From the IMG/VR virus record IMGVR_UViG_3300027833_002080, positions 1,082 to 65,081 of that record: 64,000 nt of DNA; one strand, given 5' to 3'. This document shows, one piece after another, positions 36,001-43,406 of the stretch. The DNA is from a virus. Taxonomy: Duplodnaviria > Caudoviricetes. The translations under genes and the position numbers were made by a program. Below the pieces are notes generated by a model. That model was not told the origin of the DNA, did no database searches, and saw nothing but the letters and a program-made list of their open reading frames with translations. How positions within the stretch are numbered: position 1 is the first letter of the stretch; each line of letters begins with the position of its first letter.

Positions 36001-38545
36001 AGCTACTACAATTTCTGGGTCGCACACTCTTTATGGAGTCAACGAAGGCCAAGGTAATTTTACAGGAGAAGCAGGAACTTCTAATCTTTCTTTTGCAAAT
36101 GTTTCTCAAGTTCATAATGTACCTGGATATGCAGACCACGCTTTATTAGAGGGGTGTGGCGATGCAACAGTAGCTGTAATAGGGTGTGCAACAGAAACTC
36201 AATCAGTTACTGCAGTTGTACCAGACAGTGGTACGACAACAGGTGGAAGTGCAGGAACTTCAGTAGTAGGTGTTACTAGTAATGTGATATTCACAAGCAC
36301 TACTACTACTTCAAATGTTTCTTATGGTACTTATGATTCTAACGTTAATGTTATTGGTTTAAGTGCTTGTGGAGGATTTGGTGGGTGTACAGACGATGGT
36401 TATTTAGAATATTACTCGACACCTGCAGCTAATGTTTCAGACAGCGAAGTTGTTATTCCAATTAGTGAATGTGAAACTCTTGTTATTGTAGGGTGTACTG
36501 ACAGTTCTTATACTGGATACAATCCAGAAGCAACAATACATGATGGAGTTTCTTGCGGTACCCCAATTCTTGACGGATGTACCGACCCTTCTTTTTGTGA
36601 ATATTATACAGAAGCACAAACACTTTACAATGTACATACCGGTGAAACAGCTATAGTGTACCCTAACAATGATATAGGTACGTGTAAAAGTGTACAAGGG
36701 TGTATGAATCCTAATTATTTAGAAGCTTACGGGGAAAATTACAATAGTGCATTATTAGCAAGCATTAATGAGTATGAAATAACTGGTCCGCAAGTTTCAG
36801 AATGTAATAGTTTAACTGGTCAGTACTCTTTAGATGAGTATGCTGCAGCAAACCCTGAGTTAGCCCAAACACAAATAAACGATAACTACTATAATGAGGG
36901 GTGTAGTATTCCTATAGTAATTGGTTGTACAGACCCAACTGCTGTAAATTATAACGTATTAGCAAATGTATCGTCTATTAATTCTGAAGGGGTTGTAAAT
37001 GCTTCTTGTATATCTAAAACTGAAGGCTGTACAGATTCAACAGCATTTAATTACGATCCTGAAGCTACTTTTGATGATGGTAGTTGTATAACTCTTGTAG
37101 AAGGGTGTACAAATAATACCGCCTTTAATTTCAATTCAGATGCAAACACTAATGACGGATCTTGTATACCATTTATTTATGGTTGTATTGAAAGCACTTT
37201 TACTTTAAACAATACTACGTATACTACAGCAGCTACATCCTTAGAAGCAGAGTATGATCCAATAACAAATCCGGATATAACTGCTGCAAATACTCATTCA
37301 CCTGCATTGTGTTTCCCAGAAATACTTGGGTGTACAGATGAAACAGCTGTAAACTTTAATAACTACATTTCAGCGACTCCAGATATAGGACAAGCTTTTG
37401 TGACTGATCTTAACGCAGCCTTTACAAATGTAAATACAGATAACGGATCATGCCTTGCTTCTGTAGTAGGTTGTATGGATCCTTGCGCAAATAATTACGA
37501 GGCTAGTGCTACCGTATCTGGTAGTTGTACTTACACTCCAGGATGTACTGATACTAGTGCAATAAACTACAATCCTGAAGCTAATCAGCTTGATACTACG
37601 TGTACGTACTGCGAAGACTGGTCTTTAGTACGTGCCGAGTCTTCTTATGTTACAGTTGTAGATAACACTTATTTTATAAATAATGTAAGTTCTTCTGATG
37701 GGAGCATAACAATAAACCCAGTATCTGCAAATGGAGTTACAAATAATTATGTAATTAAATGGACAGGTATTGCAACTGACGGAAGCATTGTAGATATTGC
37801 TGACAATACTACTACAGTAACAGGGTTAGCTCCAGGAGAGTATACGTTTACTATATATACTGATAATCCTGCTTGTGCTCCTAGCCCAACAGATCCTGTA
37901 TCTAATGTAGTTACCACTTACATACATCAAACAGATTTATCGTGTACGTATGATACAGGAGACACTGAGTCTTACTCAACTTTACCGCTAGCTATTAGCA
38001 GCACAGTAACAGTAGGTACGGATAATTATGGGTGTACAGATAATGAAGGATATGATCCAGGATTTTACAATCCGGTAGGAGAGTTAACTATACACCCTTT
38101 GGGAGGTCTTAATAATACGTATACATCAAGCACAGATGAGATTCAGTTGCCAACAAATACTGCTATCAACTATGATGGTGCAGCAGGTATAGATGATGGC
38201 TCATGTAATTATGCAGGATGTACTGACCCAGACGCTTTAAATTATGATAGTTTAGCTACTGTTAATGACAATTCTTGTCAGTACATTGTAGGATGTACTA
38301 TAGTATCTGCGTGTAATTATCATCCAGCAGCTGTTCTTTCAGGACCTTGTGAATATGCAGCTGTATTTAGAAACTGCTTAGGAGAATGTGTACATCCAGA
38401 TACTGGAGCTACTTTAGCTACAGCCGATAATCCATTAGGAGAATCTCTAGAGAATCCAGGTTTATGTCCAAACCAAGTGCTAGGTATATGTTTAGATCCA
38501 ACAGCAATTAACTTTACACCTATCGGTGATAACATAATAATATAA
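24038..38545 (+). CDS. Giant (4835 aa) Cys-repeat fibre/adhesin-like protein
   Basis: About 50 degenerate GCTDxxAxNYxxxAxxDDGSC units (hand count), with DUF1566-like, CBM-like and SprB-like segments; no signal peptide. Confidence 0.85.
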   Translation: MAAEQQILRNQFNLKSNTIELLNGSKPLEVGKAYALILPFKTDSGELYRQKDFTIPNTEKEDASRVLRFVDFVPFIKYCTFAVQAIRNVKGTNQYIGSLYLRQADYATQQEISRYTEALKHWTRGIIDVVDRDGNDIETLPILTTLAELTKIKSIGKDSCINSFDNGFTTKEGFTGSCISFNDPLIVRKCTDPAALNYNTVKLIPGETDDCAYEPGSKAHDDATTVNIAGGIYHLLLANTGVYGQYEFWVIHGSMSSPITDLSWDTNLSGSFTETHAGINGPTVTYGPGTHTISVIVSLGDSPSGWDFINNEVQLTIDLVVEANVAGCTDFNAFNYNPNATSDDGSCEAVLRGCMDNGSYSTTTTLVNNQGNNNTSFTITSPVPGTAATNYNSNVNVHDWRSCEYTGCTDPEADNTLVNNPLIVATNVTPCTDNCCEYTEDVNGCTDPGTLAASTYNPSSVYSTYVTPEANIADVNPAYSNFNYNPYATVDDGTCFAKKPGCMDPEASNYSVPIGNPQFDVNWHLQSLCQYEYCADVNANNDVQSADHDVYTMSWTQGNFWDESLATANGLTITPTHDSYLDNNSLCTFDVDVLDICNINSEFDDYGNNIDAGVIGYANTATAGELATTTSGDACLGQLTETASTTVNGFTYNTPTAEKVTLQVIDQDNPVLFLTDPEKYGTLVYTYTGSTGGGANITLPNIDESSATTLAGQLSAAGYNSDLDPSVYFYFRIVDTVENSNTGLTLNPAIDEPVKHQFNNAEIVEVRYSDGAYYYLPSTAPGTVSTFQAGSANTTIPTGYAPGTINGLVLSSTATNAGGGVDCNHATIDEGTAAGQYMYTVYRIKMTAPCSLNAINFLIGYDAEAAYPNLNILADPAFNGETLGCTDPIADNYDEDATYSVSVPMNNWSNYLANGGCFITGCIDEYYSGNLDNNIVVSANTLSGTDIPVQVGQYLEEYDGVIYKIYNSQAYICQLNDYLIANSDPLFDLTAVFDLTYLPNSFDVIPNEWTVPSAEDLISMSTNIASSGSGFLGEFNFTSGEYWSSSLSVSNPNQYGQTYNIVTNPATTVDRANTQKYRIRLHKIIPLADIINGEVDITDCGENEEVIGCTDETATNYNPEATTNINPIAGDTDHVCQYEFTVSDYEDELLPIILNTEGNTFETLEEYEENVDSYFNTIGFTDDLLLALYGDHISGYTSADASIGVTIPALPCVSEIYSGLKNEVYTSGSYDFNYTSHDPRGASSKIQVIGQQLLGSAERNYKVYLNNPTKDGILKSTIDAGAHLSATPSTYLLADENTVISSIYPPSLAEALAQEFNNQGYQGNISLSNLVTYRFRFDKNIVLKDGVTHGDIISYLLNDTFLNTSEAIIKDVKGNPLWPVFDHNDLHKDMATYPSLSVLAGEDRRFHFGFTPNSKFEEYGHYVTNGVNLITSNSNFASNLNDWTVIPGSANSTLAWNASYSGSAQRSLSTDALGNRTGLKRSIAVVSGNKYKITYTRAVVNVEAGQTQATKTYVEVQTAGNNIGEFTEIAVQNETSPNLVTTSDTFTYTGLGSTVDLYFYFDSQVQGFLSSFEVEKVIPYPNGYVYSEDPCDDTKVPSAFVYDVVLDISNGLGELDFSPYVEYVDPENTGCMDATALNYDEDATFTNGNLADCLYYLDNCAGTGVDIEVDVESADEGCGREITVKVTACDNVVSNATISIIVLQKITDNTGVSPITSFEPIFTIGDIEPCIDGVSNTDGVAILAGFTYDPTTTQLFAGANAESNVTYITGQTAGAIPINTYHPEFQIQYSEFYLDPESGETEEYLFDYNPATDFQSVNFTIDPIINGCTNDSSFNYNSNATCDDGTCVEVAEGCTDVAAFNYDPLANTDEGCIPVIEGCTDIEAYNTNYTTDEVASTSPAGSNYLYGDIQNLPALPDVGNLSINTPGNEDLCFYCTQLQVSDQGEHIAQEITTLPISPDLVTTKQITFTWNSTINVDNQDVTLADSDGNPVEVQVKYTYTNYAYTFVPDFVMLYLQNPPCKTSTGFTITTESVSYSDLRLGVTKDLYIINTDNSTYGQLTKIEFVAYYNTGDNGVSRCAQTISTEVDYIDPIMGCFDSNAFNYYLNNNYTASSSYNFPSEVCAAASVPIAQPTLTIPDFCYPIITGCTNSEASNYTQPSGSVQSNVNTESECEFDGCTQEWADNYSSIATDDDDSCYKEGCTRAWADNYDVLATIDDGSCFATACTQPNVYTSHFCLDDTDPCFSTAANNDNGISTNYTADTALISDDTLCLYAGCTDNGEINSFSSQSIVSDHYADLTWINNFLVANNLTSYVTTLLTEIPAFETTPQDPGQPAANYNSLATVSADTCSYEGCTDSIASNYDADATTDDGSCTYFACIEEGAANFGEGITSGTTADTIDLSLAANECEGPNLLSTNRFKLNEYWAEVNATEGDSEDYTFTSASTYTSGVLTKTIISPFSPNDNPYSILEPVFDGGFTPQAANGVDINTTIQYPTYNQVDTGSNDYIYRYILRVTISRTNINDSTDLSDYEIKIKEYSVSNSLDPNNLTAAQVTSLETQNVTLLQTVTLASVGDNVYETTDGYIPHQFGQVTVVEISGGGANSVSTITDMTLTRDLCIDPLLNLDSPEMEALNNQEIYINSVNVDFYSELGESLITDGNFEAMLGNIVDGYTEGTLIQQNWADSAEVLPGISNWLTLHGNMTGSDWFNPTSIESWDRDYYGLYQQAILNVNADPNHHGAILMSAPNDANDTFKPNVHISQAVTYTIGKIYKLTFTAALVKNTGTTNTTLSVHTNVTYDSTAGVQTTVTNTSLVATQEITEVLTEHTRYFTATAEMNGLSFSIPGNSTSVRVLFISVAEATPNLFNSNTDRCYLFGCNEPWATNYNPDFGNEDYFINVPAGELGPQGEAGCFLEGCMNSLAGNYDPNATIDDGSCIKYGCTDNGYAPNNTLSPYPLGQEADNYDPTATINETSADDLTSPCLYTGCMELTINGVVQQNYNAAYNVSGNCYSEQIGCMDTQYWNYNDTDGDGTYNNLTGIEGQDINEQSDPNTCCLNLYGSPNEAGNAIVATVPQPLTPPKDTYNPIQFSLNTYDCAGNDASVFVGPAQLNGVSYGTLPSFSDSTVQVNNIIVRAYPATGTAGSYQPDLSSTLFTEHTPTWEQLTAVNGSEIGIEVPIYDVGTTTLATFIIITFNYTNVAQSTESENSGYSCTYSSSLIFDNACLSTQGCLDNGYLPSNASQTPGFPTVGFNPSSSIHVDSTANCNVPYVLGCMDQYYAKSAGTGQSLLGTSSAPAITGTLSFNYNNNPSGNDIRGVAYDGWSTAATINMFDNTNSANINPGALIAEFHPLYDESTAATENQDPNVGTGPAEESFNGAYYGCFPVVTGCLTTGKFNKNNFYHAGNIHPQTGAAYSATPGDPGNIAGLTFGANEPQDPTINPLTLVPYTAEQIRQNFPYFFNVNTQSTDAATNCYNSIAGCTDPTAANFVALTNNVDVDVNTDNGSCCYDAADITGLTAALTTNFYSTLYQGADVTLLNGQYYNDELTESTLDFTHASWSNITYPSDGSTMLAAVNATTLTSSTYTGDAIIWRLDSSAGGSALTTADNSIINLTDLKLVLTSTQKFNVKVVALNKDFVINSIASRAAFVESLENPNNNISRLISSQNYELGALNLNFDSSNDLSIGTLYKDLVLIITHINEDSVNSSTISFSKFKISKRTYAALTISAGLTNLIDNLSNFPSTLSGYTATVKNSLGATISTVTANTAVQYLGVMLPIYKYDSSAANANAYGAYAPTYSNLSTHSNATNFVDPNLGTQLHFSLSYLAADGSTICTASTGIEFTIPIDFTNTSINYGCSNNTYLQYYLNNYLGNTSAITNYTHNAGIGAAVTIPNGDCQNTASTGCTDDNYLGAYPDKEQIGTVSLDANNEISQITTPFIPNQFGYLGAAGFNSPTYTGSSFPNVAINISNNLQCGDEIIFGCLIDTFAEYWGATTISGSHTLYGVNEGQGNFTGEAGTSNLSFANVSQVHNVPGYADHALLEGCGDATVAVIGCATETQSVTAVVPDSGTTTGGSAGTSVVGVTSNVIFTSTTTTSNVSYGTYDSNVNVIGLSACGGFGGCTDDGYLEYYSTPAANVSDSEVVIPISECETLVIVGCTDSSYTGYNPEATIHDGVSCGTPILDGCTDPSFCEYYTEAQTLYNVHTGETAIVYPNNDIGTCKSVQGCMNPNYLEAYGENYNSALLASINEYEITGPQVSECNSLTGQYSLDEYAAANPELAQTQINDNYYNEGCSIPIVIGCTDPTAVNYNVLANVSSINSEGVVNASCISKTEGCTDSTAFNYDPEATFDDGSCITLVEGCTNNTAFNFNSDANTNDGSCIPFIYGCIESTFTLNNTTYTTAATSLEAEYDPITNPDITAANTHSPALCFPEILGCTDETAVNFNNYISATPDIGQAFVTDLNAAFTNVNTDNGSCLASVVGCMDPCANNYEASATVSGSCTYTPGCTDTSAINYNPEANQLDTTCTYCEDWSLVRAESSYVTVVDNTYFINNVSSSDGSITINPVSANGVTNNYVIKWTGIATDGSIVDIADNTTTVTGLAPGEYTFTIYTDNPACAPSPTDPVSNVVTTYIHQTDLSCTYDTGDTESYSTLPLAISSTVTVGTDNYGCTDNEGYDPGFYNPVGELTIHPLGGLNNTYTSSTDEIQLPTNTAINYDGAAGIDDGSCNYAGCTDPDALNYDSLATVNDNSCQYIVGCTIVSACNYHPAAVLSGPCEYAAVFRNCLGECVHPDTGATLATADNPLGESLENPGLCPNQVLGICLDPTAINFTPIGDNIII

Positions 38546-38546
38546 G

Positions 38547-39050
38547 ATGGTAGAAAATTATAGAAAAATAGCTCCAGGCGCAAATACTCAAAGTAGAGTG
38601 TTTGCTTTACCCTTAGCAGTAGAAGATGATGGATCATGTATATATTACAGCGAATGTGTTCCTGAAGATATTTTTGATATATGGGATGCGCTTGCGGATA
38701 CAATTGTTGATCGATCTAAAGACGTTTTAACAACTATGCGTACTGGAATGCTTAACGAAGATGACGTAGCTATATTATGGACCTTGATGTTAATTGATAG
38801 AGTAATTAGAAAGCGCGGTTTGGAATCTTTATTTAACTGTAAAGACTATTTAAACTTAGGAGTTGTTGAATATTCAGAAGGCGTAGATGGTATTAATTAT
38901 TTTGATAAATTTCTTACCTTTGCTTTTAAGTACGGTGATGAACATTTTACAGGTATTGAGAGTAACAGACGTCAAAGGATTGCTGAGACAAATCGAAAAA
39001 GTAAGAGTAGAGCATCTAAAAATAAATCGTACGCATACATTAACAAATAA
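38547..39050 (+). CDS. Protein that completes the last Cys repeat of the giant ORF, plus a helical domain
   Basis: NY...PGANT...AVEDDGSCIYY; starts 1 nt after the giant ORF stop. Confidence 0.7.
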   Translation: MVENYRKIAPGANTQSRVFALPLAVEDDGSCIYYSECVPEDIFDIWDALADTIVDRSKDVLTTMRTGMLNEDDVAILWTLMLIDRVIRKRGLESLFNCKDYLNLGVVEYSEGVDGINYFDKFLTFAFKYGDEHFTGIESNRRQRIAETNRKSKSRASKNKSYAYINK

Positions 39051-39059
39051 ACCAAAATT

Positions 39060-39482
39060 ATGACAAAGATTACATTAACTAAAAAACGCGGTGAATTTTT
39101 AACTTCACTAAAAGGATTGTTTTCAGTACTACACATTAAAGGTAAAACTTTTAGTTTAGCTGTAACTCATAACATCCTTGTATTAAAAGAAGCTTTATCT
39201 GGTTATTTATTTGATAACCCGTCTGAAGATTATAAAGTTCTTTTGATGGAATTTAAATCAATTGTTGATTCTGATGCAGATGATATAGAAGCGCAAGTGC
39301 AAGCCATTAAAGATAATAACCCAGAAATTATGGCAGCAAGAGAAGCTCAGCTTCAACAGCTTGAGCAAGATCTAGAAGTAGAGCTTACTATTGAATTTGA
39401 AGCTATTTCACAAGACGTATTAACAGAGGAAATTACTGCAGAAAAATTACTAAGTATACAAGAATTTATTTTAGAAGAATAA
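39060..39482 (+). CDS. Putative tail-fibre assembly chaperone
   Basis: Acidic helical 140-aa protein among fibre genes; function inferred from position. Confidence 0.45.
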   Translation: MTKITLTKKRGEFLTSLKGLFSVLHIKGKTFSLAVTHNILVLKEALSGYLFDNPSEDYKVLLMEFKSIVDSDADDIEAQVQAIKDNNPEIMAAREAQLQQLEQDLEVELTIEFEAISQDVLTEEITAEKLLSIQEFILEE

Positions 39483-39483
39483 A

Positions 39484-41370
39484 ATGGCAACAAGAGTAGC
39501 AAAAGCATTAGTTGAATATGGGACACCCTTAGAAATAAGCAGTGTGTCTGAAAAATTACAGCAGGTAGACTTTATAAGTTTCACATCTACTTCAGATGCA
39601 TCTCCTGTAACAGTAGATATATTTTCTACAACTAGTGATGCTACTAATTTTCCTAACGCAGAAATACTTTTGCATTCTTTTAAAGTGCCAAACCAATCCA
39701 CTGTAATTTTTAATAAAGATAATTTTCCTTTAGGAGATGCTAACTCTTACAGTTTTGGTAACCATGCGTCAGATAATCGATTATTTGTTAGAAATAATAC
39801 AACACGTCGATTAGTTGTACATTACTCTGTAACAGATGTTGGGGTATCTACAGACTACACAACAGAGCAATTACAAGATATTGTAGGGGCTATGGTTGAT
39901 GGAGGCACTGAAACTAACATTGCTGTAACATATGATGACACTGCAGGTAAATTAAATTTTGTCTCTGTAGATACAGATACTAATACTCAATTGACTTTAA
40001 TAGACTCAGATACAATGAGTGGAGCATTAGCAACTAATGTTGCGTCTGCAGAATCTATAAAAGCATACGTTGACGGAGCTGTAATTGCAAATACAGATAC
40101 ACAAGATCTATCTATAGTAGGACAAACATTATCTCTAACAAACGGAGGCTCAGTTACTTTACCAGACACTAACACTCAGCTTGACAACGCAGGTGTTATT
40201 GGGAAAGTATTAACAGGTATAGATGTAAGTACTACTGCAGACGTGGTAGCAACGGATACAATTGTTGCAGCTATAGGTAAGCTAGAAAATAGAGTTGCAA
40301 CTAACGATGATAAAGTTTCTTTTCCTGGGTTGGGGACTTCAAACTCAACTGCCTTAGCAGGAGATACAACTACAATAACTACTGGGCAAGCATCAGCTAT
40401 AACCGCAAACACTACTAAAACAACTAACGCTACACACACAGGAGATGTGACGGGTAGTGGAGCACTTACTATAGCTAACGATGCTGTTACATATGCTAAG
40501 ATGCAAAACGTATCAGCTACTAACGTAGTTCTAGGCAGAGATTCTGCAGGTGCTGGTGTAGTGGAAGAAATATCTGCAGCTAATCTTCGTACAATACTTA
40601 ATGTTGCTGATGGTGCAACTGCTGATCAAACAAATGTTACAGGTTCTTCAGGTTCTTGTACAGGAAATTCAGCTACAGCTACAGCCCTTACAGCAGGAGA
40701 TAAAACTATAGATGGAAGTTTAGATATAGGTTCTAATCAAGCTGGACACGATTTAAATTTATACGGAGCAAACCTTAATAACGCAGCTGCTGGATGGGTT
40801 GCATCAGCTAATTTATTTAAATTTACTGACAGCACAAAGTTAGGATTTGGTACAGCAAATCAACCTGGTGCTGTCGACTCTTTTATCCAAGCAAATGGTA
40901 ACAACCTTGTTATATCAAACACGGTAGGTAATATACAGATAGGAGATACTGTAGAAATTACAGGAGATTTAGATGTTACTGGTAATGTATTGCCTGGAAT
41001 AACATACGTGAAAATACTACCAAGTGACTTTGTTCCAGATGATGTTGGTAGACCTGCAATGATAGACGACACTAGTAGTGACAGATGGTTAGAGTCTCAT
41101 GGTACAGCAAAGCTTTTTGCTTATGTAGATATACCTGTTGGCTTTAAAGCTACTCATGTAGACGTTTATGGTAGTGGCACATCTGCAGTAACTGTATACG
41201 AAGCTGATATAGACTCTAAAACTGTGACAAGTAAAGGTACAGGAAATATACAAACTCAAATAGATATTACAGATGTTACTGCTGATGCTACAAACTACTT
41301 ATTAATAGAGTTAGCACAAACAAGTAGTGAAGAAGTATACGGAGGTAAAATAACAATAGCAAAAGCATAG
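39484..41370 (+). CDS. Tail fibre / spike protein
   Basis: T/G/A-rich; shaft motifs EQLQDIVGAMVDGGTETNIAVTYDD and HTGDVTGSGALTIANDAVTYAKMQN. Confidence 0.8.
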   Translation: MATRVAKALVEYGTPLEISSVSEKLQQVDFISFTSTSDASPVTVDIFSTTSDATNFPNAEILLHSFKVPNQSTVIFNKDNFPLGDANSYSFGNHASDNRLFVRNNTTRRLVVHYSVTDVGVSTDYTTEQLQDIVGAMVDGGTETNIAVTYDDTAGKLNFVSVDTDTNTQLTLIDSDTMSGALATNVASAESIKAYVDGAVIANTDTQDLSIVGQTLSLTNGGSVTLPDTNTQLDNAGVIGKVLTGIDVSTTADVVATDTIVAAIGKLENRVATNDDKVSFPGLGTSNSTALAGDTTTITTGQASAITANTTKTTNATHTGDVTGSGALTIANDAVTYAKMQNVSATNVVLGRDSAGAGVVEEISAANLRTILNVADGATADQTNVTGSSGSCTGNSATATALTAGDKTIDGSLDIGSNQAGHDLNLYGANLNNAAAGWVASANLFKFTDSTKLGFGTANQPGAVDSFIQANGNNLVISNTVGNIQIGDTVEITGDLDVTGNVLPGITYVKILPSDFVPDDVGRPAMIDDTSSDRWLESHGTAKLFAYVDIPVGFKATHVDVYGSGTSAVTVYEADIDSKTVTSKGTGNIQTQIDITDVTADATNYLLIELAQTSSEEVYGGKITIAKA

Positions 41371-41374
41371 TATT

Positions 41375-42070
41375 ATGGCACTAGGTAATAAAAAAGGTGG
41401 TACTATACACAACAAAACAGGAGATGCAAAGAATAGGTTAAAAGCTAAGTACGATGCTGGAGATCACACTGTCTTAGAAAATTATCCTGCTGAAGCTGCT
41501 GTACTATATCAGATGCAGCAAATGTCTGAAGATATAGACGAACTACGTAGATACTTAACTTCAGAGGTTGGTGATGGTGCTCAAGGACCGCAAGGCCCCG
41601 CAGGTAATAATGGTTCTAATGGAAGTAATGGAAGTACGGGAGCTAGGGGGCCAGCAGGCGCTACTGGTAGTGCAGGTGCAGCAGGTGTAGATGCGGGGCT
41701 ATACTCAAATAGAGGAGTAGATTACATATCTTTACCTTTGTCTTCAATTAATGCAGACGGGTCCCCTGTAGTGTTTGATCCTGCAGGAGTTGCTAGTAGT
41801 AGTAGATCTGGGAGAATGTATGCTACGTGGGCTGGTCTTGCAGGACGTAGAGTTGATGCAGTTCATGTGATATGTACTAGCACTGTTAGAGGAAGCATAA
41901 CAGCTTACAAATTATCTGGAGGTAGCGCGGCCTCTTTAGGGAATGGAGATAATAACCGCCCAAATAATATAACACCTTGGACTTGCACCATAGGAGAACA
42001 ACTAGTAATAATGATTAATTTAGGAAGCACTTCAAATAAAGTATCTTCAATAGTTTTAACTTTAGCATAA
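41375..42070 (+). CDS. Collagen-like fibre protein
   Basis: About 13 consecutive Gly-X-Y triplets (GAQGPQGPAGNNGSNGSNGSTGARGPAGATGSAGAAGVD) after a coiled coil. Confidence 0.85.
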   Translation: MALGNKKGGTIHNKTGDAKNRLKAKYDAGDHTVLENYPAEAAVLYQMQQMSEDIDELRRYLTSEVGDGAQGPQGPAGNNGSNGSNGSTGARGPAGATGSAGAAGVDAGLYSNRGVDYISLPLSSINADGSPVVFDPAGVASSSRSGRMYATWAGLAGRRVDAVHVICTSTVRGSITAYKLSGGSAASLGNGDNNRPNNITPWTCTIGEQLVIMINLGSTSNKVSSIVLTLA

Positions 42071-43123
42071 ATGAAAAAATTAATATTTATTTTATTATTA
42101 ATCCCACTAGCTAGTAAAGCTCAACTAAACTTGTTTAGGTTTGCTACGTTTTACGCTAGCTATTCAACAAGTACTCCTCAATTAAATCCCCCTAGTTTTA
42201 GAGTAGAGGGGGTGGCTCCTGACAATGTGTGGGAGCACGTAAGCAATTTTGTAGATGGTAGGCTTGTTGAAACTACACAGGTTAATGACCCAAATTTAAT
42301 TATAACATTTGGACTTCGCAAGATAGCAAGATTCGACTATCAGATTAAACAAAACAATTTTTATACAGGTAATGAGCATGAAGCTAGTGACTACGCTACA
42401 ATTTCTAATGCTCCCGGACTTGAATACCTATTTCAATATTCGTTTGTTAGAAACAACGGATTAGAAGTAGCCCAACAAGAATATAATGTACGATACATAT
42501 CTAACATGTTTACAGTTAAAGCTAACTATGTTAATAATGGATTAATAGATTTAAAGTATTCTTTGGGCGAGGTTAGGTTACGCAAAAGTTTTGGTGGATT
42601 AGACTTTACTTTTGGCGTAGCCCATCGTTCTCATCCTGTATATGGTTGTAATCCCATGGATGATTACGAAGGTACTTGGGAAGAATTTGCTATTAGTGAA
42701 ATGTATTTACCTACAGCAAATGGTATATGGATGCAAATAACTGATGACGGTCCTGAGTGGATAGCAGGTAGTGATAACGAGTTTTACAAGTATCATTTTG
42801 GTCGAGCAGTTAATAACTATAACAAGAGAATACTTGACGGTTTAGGTCTTCAGCAAGAAGTATCTGCAGTACTAGGACTAGATTATTATTTATATAAAGA
42901 AAACTATTGGTTGCACGCTTGGGGTTCTGTGTATCCTATACATAAAAGCTTAACAGATTTTGCATATCAAAGAGATGCAGAACAAGAAGAATGGGATACT
43001 GGTTTAATTTTTGGGGTTAACTTAAATAGACATCTTAGTTTGTTTGTTGAAGGTAAACACTTAAAGTTTTGGGGTATGCCATCTTACGAATTAAAAACAG
43101 GGTTAAATTATTTAATATTCTAA
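42071..43123 (+). CDS. Secreted outer-membrane beta-barrel-like protein
   Basis: Signal peptide MKKLIFILLLIPLASKA/Q; alternating aromatic-rich strands; C-terminal YELKTGLNYLIF with terminal Phe. Confidence 0.75.
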   Translation: MKKLIFILLLIPLASKAQLNLFRFATFYASYSTSTPQLNPPSFRVEGVAPDNVWEHVSNFVDGRLVETTQVNDPNLIITFGLRKIARFDYQIKQNNFYTGNEHEASDYATISNAPGLEYLFQYSFVRNNGLEVAQQEYNVRYISNMFTVKANYVNNGLIDLKYSLGEVRLRKSFGGLDFTFGVAHRSHPVYGCNPMDDYEGTWEEFAISEMYLPTANGIWMQITDDGPEWIAGSDNEFYKYHFGRAVNNYNKRILDGLGLQQEVSAVLGLDYYLYKENYWLHAWGSVYPIHKSLTDFAYQRDAEQEEWDTGLIFGVNLNRHLSLFVEGKHLKFWGMPSYELKTGLNYLIF

Positions 43124-43127
43124 CAGC

Positions 43128-43406
43128 ATGGCGCAAGAATTAAATGAAAATACAGCAGTACAAATAAGTGTAAAAACTTTGGCAGGAATAGCAGTTGGTT
43201 TAGGTACAATAATAAGTATGTGGTTTGTACTACAAGCTGACATAGCTGAAGCTAAATTACTTCCTGCTGCTCCAGACCCTGTAATAACAAGGATGGAATT
43301 TGATATGAAAGATAAGCTTATACGTCAAACGATTATGTCTACACAGGAAGATGTTACGGAAATTAAAGATGACTTAAAAGCAATTAAACAAAAATTGTAT
43401 GAATAA
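43128..43406 (+). CDS. Single-pass membrane protein with C-terminal coiled coil
   Basis: Hydrophobic LAGIAVGLGTIISMWFVL, Pro-rich linker, heptads VTEIKDDLKAIKQKL. Confidence 0.75.
   Translation: MAQELNENTAVQISVKTLAGIAVGLGTIISMWFVLQADIAEAKLLPAAPDPVITRMEFDMKDKLIRQTIMSTQEDVTEIKDDLKAIKQKLYE

Noticed and set aside
24038-38545. CRISPR array or DNA tandem repeat
   Set aside because: Repeats are degenerate and in-frame at the protein level, with no identical direct repeats and spacers.
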